DNA of 64,000 nt from Candidatus Calescibacterium sp. (GTDB lineage Bacteria; Calescibacteriota; Calescibacteriia; Calescibacteriales; Calescibacteriaceae): positions 47,124-111,123 of the forward strand of contig JANXBU010000003.1 in NCBI GenBank assembly GCA_025060505.1. The letters are read 5' to 3'. Below the pieces are notes generated by a model. The model was not told the origin of the DNA, made no database searches, and saw nothing but the letters and a program-made list of their open reading frames with translations. The number at the start of each line of letters is the position of its first letter. Positions within the stretch are counted from its first letter, which is position 1. Both the position numbers and the translations under genes were made by a program. Shown here one piece after another: positions 57,918 to 64,000 of this stretch.

Positions 57918-58940
57918 ATGGGAAGTGTTAAGGATGTAGAGTTGTTGAGGCCACCCACTGAATCAAGGTCGGGGGAGGGTATATTTTTGTTCTCAGATAG
58001 ATTTTCTGTTTTTGATTGGGGTGTTATGCCAGACCTAATAGATGGCAAAGGTAAGTCTATTTGCATTATCGGAGCTTGGTTTTTTGAAAAACTTCAAGAC
58101 TTGGGCTTAAAAACTCACTACATAGGTGTGCTTGATGACGGAAAAGTCAAAAATCTCAAAGATGTCGTATCTCCTCCATACAGAATGCTTGTGAAATTTC
58201 TCAGAGTGATAAAACCAAAATTAGATGGAAAATCTTATGACTACTCCGATTTCAAAAAACAAGATGGAAACTTTGTTATTCCTCTTGAAGTAATATACAG
58301 AAACTCTTTGCCTGCTGGATCAAGCGTTTTCAGAAGATTGAAAGAAGGGAAAATCTCTTTGGCCGATATCGGTCTTGATGAGTTTCCGAAGGAAAACACA
58401 AAACTCAAAAGCCCCATAATTGATTTTTCTACAAAATTTGAAAGCCAAGATAGATACATCTCTCAAGACGAAGCAAAGAGCATAGCTGGACTAAAAGATA
58501 AGGAGTTTGAGAAGATAAAAGAATATACTCTGATTGCCAACAAAGTTATAACGGAAGCTGTTGAAAGAATTTCAGTCTCAAATGAAGATGGTAAATTTGA
58601 ATTTGGTTTTGATGAAAACAGACAGATAATTTTTGTTGATGTTATAGGAACACCAGATGAATGCAGATTTATGTATGATGGAATACAGGTAAGTAAAGAA
58701 GTCTTAAGATCATATTACAGAAAAACAGATTGGTATGAAAAGTTGGTTGAAGCAAAAAGCAGAGACTTTGTAAAGTGGAGAGAACTTGTTGGTCAAAATC
58801 CTCCCACTTTACCAAACGAAATAAAAAAACTTGTTTCGGAGCTATATATGTCCTTTTGCAATGAGATAACACAGAGAGATTGGTTCAAAGTAAGATCTTT
58901 TAAAGATGTGGTAAAAGAAGTGAAATCTTATTTTGGATGA
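57918..58940 (+). CDS. purC: Phosphoribosylaminoimidazole-succinocarboxamide synthase, long form.
   Basis: GEGIFLFSDRFSVFDWGVMPDLIDGKGKSICIIGAWFFEKL matches the SAICAR synthetase DRISAFD...KG motif region. 340 aa, like eukaryote-type long PurC. Confidence 0.75.
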   Translation: MGSVKDVELLRPPTESRSGEGIFLFSDRFSVFDWGVMPDLIDGKGKSICIIGAWFFEKLQDLGLKTHYIGVLDDGKVKNLKDVVSPPYRMLVKFLRVIKPKLDGKSYDYSDFKKQDGNFVIPLEVIYRNSLPAGSSVFRRLKEGKISLADIGLDEFPKENTKLKSPIIDFSTKFESQDRYISQDEAKSIAGLKDKEFEKIKEYTLIANKVITEAVERISVSNEDGKFEFGFDENRQIIFVDVIGTPDECRFMYDGIQVSKEVLRSYYRKTDWYEKLVEAKSRDFVKWRELVGQNPPTLPNEIKKLVSELYMSFCNEITQRDWFKVRSFKDVVKEVKSYFG

Positions 58941-58972
58941 GAAGGTAGGAAAATTTTTCACTGGAACACATT

Positions 58973-59800
58973 TTGCATCTTTCAGGCGTGGGACTTTCTC
59001 ATCAGGCTCTTTACATAGGTGCTTCCGGAGCCTATGCAAACCAGAGAAAACTTGAAGTTATATCGAACAACCTTGCTAACACATCAACTCAGGGATACAA
59101 AAAAGATATACCTGTTTTCATAGCCATACCAGAGACAAAGTCTCCCATAACTCCGCTCAATCCAAAGCTCTACTTTGATCTCCATAAGGAGCAGATAAGC
59201 CAAAGAATGGTCATGTTTGATGAAACCTATATGGATTTCTCCCAGGGTACTTTTATAGAAACCGGAAATGTTCTTGATTTAGCTATAAACGGAAAAGGTT
59301 TTTTTGCTGTTGAAACTCCAGATGGTGTAAGGTTCACGAGAGCTGGAAATTTTTTCTTATCGCAGGAAGGTTATATAATCACTCAGGATGGATACAAAGT
59401 TCTTGGTGCCAAGGGAGAACCTATGAAGATACCCTTTGATGAGTGGGCTCCGGAAGACATTGTGGTGACACCAGATGGTGGAGTGTTTGTAGGAGTTAGA
59501 CAGGGAGATTCAAGAAAAAGCGTATTTGTAGATAAAATAGCAGTTTATGAAATTCCACAAGATATAACTTTAACAAGAAAAATTGGGCAAAATCTCTTTG
59601 AAGTTTCTGATCAGGAGTATGTACTCGAGGCTCAGCAATACGAGATACTTCAGGGATATCTTGAAACTTCTAATGTGAATCCTATAACAGAAATGATGGC
59701 TTTGATAGAAGCTCAAAGAGCTTATGAGATGAACACAAGAGTTATTACTGCTACTGACTCATTGATGGCTACATCTGTGAGAGAATTGGGTAGGGTATAG
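58973..59800 (+). CDS. flgF: Flagellar basal-body rod protein FlgF.
   Basis: N-terminal rod motif ALYIGASGAYANQRKLEVISNNLANTSTQGYKK and a C-terminal rod domain (AQRAYEMNTRVITATDSLM). The true start may be a nearby GTG. Confidence 0.85.
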   Translation: MHLSGVGLSHQALYIGASGAYANQRKLEVISNNLANTSTQGYKKDIPVFIAIPETKSPITPLNPKLYFDLHKEQISQRMVMFDETYMDFSQGTFIETGNVLDLAINGKGFFAVETPDGVRFTRAGNFFLSQEGYIITQDGYKVLGAKGEPMKIPFDEWAPEDIVVTPDGGVFVGVRQGDSRKSVFVDKIAVYEIPQDITLTRKIGQNLFEVSDQEYVLEAQQYEILQGYLETSNVNPITEMMALIEAQRAYEMNTRVITATDSLMATSVRELGRV

Positions 59801-59845
59801 ATTTGTTTATTTATTTTGTAAGTATTTGAAAGGAGGTACAAAGCC

Positions 59846-60640
59846 ATGTTCAGAGCATTGTGGACATCTGCAACTGGAATGTCGGCACAGCAAAAAAATC
59901 TTGATACAATATCCAACAATCTTGCTAATGTGTCTACACCGGGTTTCAAGAAATCTCGTGTTGAGTTTGAGGATCTTGTTTATCAGGATCTACTTATTCC
60001 TGGGGCAGAAACATCTCTGCAATCAACTCACCATCCAACTGGAGCTCAGATAGGAAGTGGAGTCAGGGTATCGGGTGTAACAAAGGTAATAACTCCGGGT
60101 GAGCTTGTTGAAACGGGTAGAGAATTCGACTTGGCAGTGGATAGTGAAGGATTTTTCCAAGTTCTTCTTCCAGATGGAAGCATAGCATACACCAGGGCAG
60201 GAAATTTTCAAAAATCAGAAGATGGTGTTCTTGTTACTCCCCAAGGTTATCCTTTGTTTCCAGAGGTCGTTATTCCACAGGAGGTAATTCAGGTTCAGGT
60301 AAGTCACGATGGAGTTATAACTGGTATTATACCTGGGCAGGAATCTTCTCCGATAGTTCTTGGACAAATAGAGCTTGCAAGGTTTATAAATCCATCTGGA
60401 CTCAAATCAATAGGTAAAAATCTTTTTGTGCAAACTTATGCTTCCGGTGATCCAATTGTTGGCATTCCGGGGCAGGAGGGTTTCGGAGAGGTTCTACAAG
60501 GATTTCTGGAGATATCAAATGTGAATGCAGTTCAGGAGATGATAAGTATGCTTCTTTCTCAAAGAGTTTATGATATGTGTTCTCGTTCAATCATTGCAGC
60601 AGATAATATGATGGCAACAACGGTCAACATAGTTAGATGA
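59846..60640 (+). CDS. flgG: Flagellar basal-body rod protein FlgG.
   Basis: MFRALWTSATGMSAQQKNLDTISNNLANVSTPGFKK and the C-terminal LSQRVYDMCSRSIIAADNMM. RBS AGGAGG. Confidence 0.9.
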   Translation: MFRALWTSATGMSAQQKNLDTISNNLANVSTPGFKKSRVEFEDLVYQDLLIPGAETSLQSTHHPTGAQIGSGVRVSGVTKVITPGELVETGREFDLAVDSEGFFQVLLPDGSIAYTRAGNFQKSEDGVLVTPQGYPLFPEVVIPQEVIQVQVSHDGVITGIIPGQESSPIVLGQIELARFINPSGLKSIGKNLFVQTYASGDPIVGIPGQEGFGEVLQGFLEISNVNAVQEMISMLLSQRVYDMCSRSIIAADNMMATTVNIVR

Positions 60641-60721
60641 GATCCAGTAAAAATTAAAAGGGAAAAATTTTCATAGGAACGGTTTTTGCTAAAAATCAAG
60701 AAAGGATAGGAGGTGATAACC

Positions 60722-61375
60722 ATGAATTTCTTGGTAATTATATCTTTGATTTCCCTGACAGAATCGGATATAGTTCAGAAAATAAGGCAGGAGATAAGTT
60801 GTGATGATTGTGATATTAAAGTTTTATCTTATCATCTCCCATTTGGAAAAAAAATTGAAGAATTTGATTCAGTCGAGATAATCTCAAAGGATACGAAAGC
60901 TTACGGTAGAAAGATATTTACCGCATACTTTGCAAAGGAGGGAAAAAATTTCATAGGAACAATTTTTGCCTATGTTGATAAGATGGTTCAGGTCTTGGTT
61001 CCAACCAGAAGAGTTGAAAGAAACGAGAAATTGAGTTTTTCTGATCTTGAAATCAAATTTGTCCCACTCACGCTTGTTCCAAAAGATTTTCTGTCTCCAG
61101 ATGAGATATCTGGCAGAGAGATTTCCTTGAAAGTTCCTGTTGCAAAGGGTGAGATTTTAAGAAGAGCACACATTGCAGATGAGCTTGTTATTAGGAAGGG
61201 TGATAAGGTAAAACTTGTTCTGGAGAATCCAAAATTCTATATTGAGTTTCCTGCTATTGCTTTATCTGACGCAAAGAGTGGGGAAGAAATAAAAGTTAGG
61301 AATCTGAATTCAAACAAAGTTGTTTATGGTAGGGCAAAAGAAGGAAGGATAGTCATTGTCAATTCCTTTGATTGA
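60722..61375 (+). CDS. flgA: Flagellar P-ring assembly chaperone FlgA. ATG behind a GGAGGTG RBS; the track entry starts at 60713.
   Basis: Signal-like N-terminus and a C-terminal SAF domain (LKVPVAKGEILRRAHI...IKVRNLNSNKVVYGRA). Confidence 0.8.
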   Translation: MNFLVIISLISLTESDIVQKIRQEISCDDCDIKVLSYHLPFGKKIEEFDSVEIISKDTKAYGRKIFTAYFAKEGKNFIGTIFAYVDKMVQVLVPTRRVERNEKLSFSDLEIKFVPLTLVPKDFLSPDEISGREISLKVPVAKGEILRRAHIADELVIRKGDKVKLVLENPKFYIEFPAIALSDAKSGEEIKVRNLNSNKVVYGRAKEGRIVIVNSFD

Positions 61376-61401
61376 ATTTTGATAGTATGGAGGGAAAAAG
61401 T

Positions 61402-62094
61402 ATGAATTCTAACATAATTTACAAAAAGAATCTCTGCAAGTTTCTAAGCGTAGCTTTTTTGTTTGCTATATCTTGTGCAAGTAGAGAGACCCCGGAACTT
61501 CCAAAAGCAGAGAACGAAGAGATAGAAGTTTCTCAGGAGATACAGAAACAAGAGGGAGCTTTGTTTTATGACAATTCGCCGTTATCTAACATGTATGCTG
61601 ATATGAAAGCAAAAAGAGTAGGAGATATAGTTATAGTTCGTGTAGTTGAGAATGTTGTTGCTACGAATGATCAGAGAAAGGAAGCTTCAAGGAGATCAAA
61701 AATGAAATACGATATTGGGGGAAGTTTATCAAAGACAAAAGGATTGGAGGAATTGTCTATTGGAGCAGGAGCTGGTGGAGAAAACGATTTTTCTGCAAAA
61801 GGTGTTCAGAAGAGCAAGAATGAGTTTATAGCTTCGGTTGCAGCTCGTGTTGTGAAAATATTGCCGTCAGGTAATCTTGTTATAGAAGGAGAAAAATACA
61901 TAAAGCACAACTCTGAACTTCAGAAACTTTATGTCAGAGGGATTGTAAGACCAGAAGACATAATGCACGATAACTCGGTTTTGTCAACCGCTATTGCTAA
62001 TGCCAGAATAGAGTATATATCTGAGGGGGACTTTGCTACTAAATCAAAACAGGGGTGGCTCCAGAAAATTTTAGATTTTATATCTCCGTTTTAA
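61402..62094 (+). CDS. flgH: Flagellar L-ring lipoprotein FlgH. ATG behind a GGAGGG RBS; the track entry starts at 61372.
   Basis: Lipobox FAISCAS and the FlgH core (MKAKRVGDIVIVRVVENVVATND...LVIEGEKYI). Confidence 0.85.
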   Translation: MNSNIIYKKNLCKFLSVAFLFAISCASRETPELPKAENEEIEVSQEIQKQEGALFYDNSPLSNMYADMKAKRVGDIVIVRVVENVVATNDQRKEASRRSKMKYDIGGSLSKTKGLEELSIGAGAGGENDFSAKGVQKSKNEFIASVAARVVKILPSGNLVIEGEKYIKHNSELQKLYVRGIVRPEDIMHDNSVLSTAIANARIEYISEGDFATKSKQGWLQKILDFISPF

Positions 62095-62106
62095 AGGGAA
62101 AATTTT

Positions 62107-63243
62107 ATGTTTGGTGTTGAAAAATCAAGAAAAGTTTTTAGAAATTCAACGAAGGTTTTGATTCTTTCTTCTTTTTCATTGTTTGTTTCTTTTCTGCTTT
62201 CTGCTAATGCTTTTGGAGCGAGAATAAAGGATATTGCTTCTGTTGAGGGGGCTCGTTCTAATTTCCTTATTGGTTTCGGTATAGTTGTTGGTTTGCGAGG
62301 AACAGGAGATATAATATCTCCGAATCTGACGGTTCAAACTCTTATAAACCTTCTCCAGAAAATGGGAATAAGACCTGATCCTACTGCTTTGAGAAGTTTT
62401 GGAATTATGGCACCAAGAACAATAAGACCAAGAGATTCTGCAATATGTATGATCACAGCTGAACTTCCGCCGTATGCTAAGCCCGGAATGAAAATAGATG
62501 TTCAGGTTGCAGCTATGGGGGATGCAAGAAGTTTGAGAGGTGGACAGCTTATTCTGACTCCACTTTTTGGACCAGATGGCCAGATCTGGGCTCTTGCTCA
62601 GGGACAGGTTATAACCGGAGGAAAGCAGGTTTCTGGATCAACAATTGATGGAGGATTTCCAACTGCTGGTAGAATACCAGGAGGAGGGACAGTTGAAAGA
62701 GAACTTCAACATAACTTGAATGATAGAAGATTTATTAGAATATTTTTGAACAATTCTGATTTTTCTACTGCTAAATCTGTTGCTGATTCTATAAATAGCT
62801 TTGCTGGTGTTGATCTTTCTTATGTTCAGGATGCGAGAACTGTTTTCGTTGTTATACCGGAAGAGTTTACAGGTAGAGTTGCTGAGTTTATATCTACTAT
62901 AGAGAATCTCGTTGTCTCTACAGATTCACCAGCAAAGGTTGTAATAAATGAAAGAACAGGAACGGTGGTTGTGGGAAAAAATGTTGGAATTTCGGAAGTA
63001 GCGGTAGCGCACGGAGAAATAGTAATAAAAGTTAGGAAAGAACCTTCGCCACTCCCCCCGGAATTCGCTACCGCTATGCCCCAATTTGAGGAAAGAAAGA
63101 TAAATATTCTTGCACCTGCTGCTACTGTTGATGAGCTTGTAAGAGAGCTCAACAGAATAGGAGCTTCTCCACAAGATATAATATCAATCCTTCAAGCTCT
63201 CAAAGGAGCCGGAGCCCTGCAAGCTCACATATCTACTGAATAA
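62107..63243 (+). CDS. flgI: Flagellar P-ring protein FlgI.
   Basis: Signal peptide, then ARIKDIASVEGARSNFLIGFGIVVGLRGTGD, the hallmark FlgI N-terminus. Confidence 0.9.
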   Translation: MFGVEKSRKVFRNSTKVLILSSFSLFVSFLLSANAFGARIKDIASVEGARSNFLIGFGIVVGLRGTGDIISPNLTVQTLINLLQKMGIRPDPTALRSFGIMAPRTIRPRDSAICMITAELPPYAKPGMKIDVQVAAMGDARSLRGGQLILTPLFGPDGQIWALAQGQVITGGKQVSGSTIDGGFPTAGRIPGGGTVERELQHNLNDRRFIRIFLNNSDFSTAKSVADSINSFAGVDLSYVQDARTVFVVIPEEFTGRVAEFISTIENLVVSTDSPAKVVINERTGTVVVGKNVGISEVAVAHGEIVIKVRKEPSPLPPEFATAMPQFEERKINILAPAATVDELVRELNRIGASPQDIISILQALKGAGALQAHISTE

Positions 63244-63249
63244 AGAATT

Positions 63250-63633
63250 ATGAAAACGAATGATATATTATCTTTAAAGACAAACGCAACAAATAAAAAC
63301 AAGCCAAACATAGCAAATAAAAACAATGAAATTTACAGTCCCGATTCTTTTACTGTCTATCGTCTCCCTTCTCCAAAAAAGAGTAGGCAAGTTGTCAAGG
63401 AGGTTGCAAAAGATTTTGAAGCTTTCTTCATAAGAGAGTTCTTGAAGGATTCATTACAGATATCCGGAGAACTTTCTGAGAAATACGGATATTTCTACAA
63501 GGAAATCATAATTGATGTTCTTTCTCGTAGCTCATCTTTTGGAATAAAGGATTTTTTCGAAAAAGCAATAGAGAATCAACTTGAAGCTATGCAGAGAGGT
63601 TATATAACTAAGAAAAATTTTGGAAAGTATTAG
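63250..63633 (+). CDS. Rod-binding protein (FlgJ N-terminal domain only, no muramidase domain).
   Basis: AKDFEAFFIREFLKDSL matches the Rod_binding domain core (A.EFEa.Fl..mLKsM). 127 aa. Confidence 0.7.
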   Translation: MKTNDILSLKTNATNKNKPNIANKNNEIYSPDSFTVYRLPSPKKSRQVVKEVAKDFEAFFIREFLKDSLQISGELSEKYGYFYKEIIIDVLSRSSSFGIKDFFEKAIENQLEAMQRGYITKKNFGKY

Positions 63634-63789
63634 TTTTTCATTTTTCTTTCAATTTTCGGAAGATTTAAACTTTGGAATCTTTTTGTTCTGTTGTAATCAT
63701 CATCTATGTGGATTTTGAGGTCTTATATTTTCATCCAGAGAGTTTTGATGTTCGCAACAAAGTAGAATCTTTTATTTTTCTGTTATTTA

Positions 63790-64000
63790 TTAGAAGCCTC
63801 TTTCTGTTTTCTTTTTGAGTTCTTCATCTAGTTTTTTGAGCATTTCGTCTGATCTTTCTTTTACAAGTGCTCTGTGCTGTTGTCTTGCTGCTTCTCGCAT
63901 TTTGTCTGCTAAATTCATAAGAGCATTATTTATTTCCAGTGCTGCAAGACAGTAGTGTATTTTCTTCTTTTCATCTATATATCTATCTATTATTTGAGAC
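63790..64000 (-). CDS. Hypothetical protein, 3' end only (gene continues past the window end).
   Basis: The minus-strand frame is open from the window edge to a TAA at 63790-63792 (...CLAALEINNALMNLADKMREAARQQHRALVKERSDEMLKKLDEELKKKTERGF*). Helical and charged. Possibly a flagellar regulator or chaperone, but not recognisable. Confidence 0.35.
   Translation of the reverse strand, partial: SQIIDRYIDEKKKIHYCLAALEINNALMNLADKMREAARQQHRALVKERSDEMLKKLDEELKKKTERGF

Noticed and set aside
1-64000. CRISPR arrays, transposases, integrases, prophage remnants and defence-island gene families.
   Set aside because: The sequence was read for regularly spaced direct repeats and for transposase/integrase/RT/nuclease motifs near all five tRNAs. 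None were found. The only repeats are short AT-rich inverted repeats, and the 24-nt near-duplicate at 49080/49200.

Overview
This window is about 64 kb of AT-rich chromosomal DNA, roughly one-third GC by eye. Codon and amino-acid usage look thermophile-like: Arg is almost always AGA/AGG, and proteins are rich in K, E and I. Genes are tightly packed on both strands, and no transposase, integrase, CRISPR array or recognisable phage genes were found.

Recognisable content:
- Respiration: a complete B-family (ba3-type) heme-copper oxidase operon (cbaD-cbaB-cbaA) followed by a SCO1/SenC copper chaperone. The 42-codon subunit IIa is absent from the ORF track.
- Ribosomal proteins: a dismembered spc cluster. 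rplF is solitary, a methyl-accepting chemotaxis protein gene follows, then rplR-rpsE, then an aroK-aroB fusion.
- Motility and signalling: two MCPs, an orphan CheW-like protein, FHA-GGDEF and degenerate-GGDEF/EAL c-di-GMP proteins, and a flagellar rod/ring block (flgF-flgG-flgA-flgH-flgI plus a rod-binding FlgJ-N protein) directly behind a long-form purC.
- Sulfur trafficking: a dsrE2-tusA pair with a tRNA-Ala abutting the tusA stop, plus two small paralogous DsrE/TusD-like proteins.
- Envelope sugar genes scattered rather than clustered: fcl, rmlD, a DegT-family aminotransferase, UDP-GlcNAc 6-dehydrogenase, gmhA, kdsA, lpxK and an AlgX/AlgJ-like SGNH protein.
- Housekeeping: the 3' part of gltB, nfo, mutL, radA, lipA, acpP, hslV without hslU, acs, cysH (Fe-S APS-reductase type), pyrE, and an archaemetzincin.
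- RNA genes: tRNA-Leu(CAG), Lys(UUU), Ala(GGC), Val(CAC) and Asp(GUC), and an RNase P RNA (rnpB) that is not in the ORF track and lies antisense to a spurious ORF.

The most unusual items are:
- a c-type cytochrome fused to a predicted beta-barrel;
- one membrane-protein gene (39471..39989) whose GC content and Arg codons are foreign to the rest of the window;
- an rnpB - tRNA-Asp - hslV same-strand string;
- a NuoE-like [2Fe-2S] protein directly upstream of cysH;
- an EAL - macro-domain - DegT string.

Gene content (microaerobic oxidase, DsrE2/TusA, P- and L-ring flagellar genes, RNA-based RNase P) fits a Gram-negative microaerophilic sulfur-oxidising thermophile such as a member of the Aquificae. 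This is inference only.
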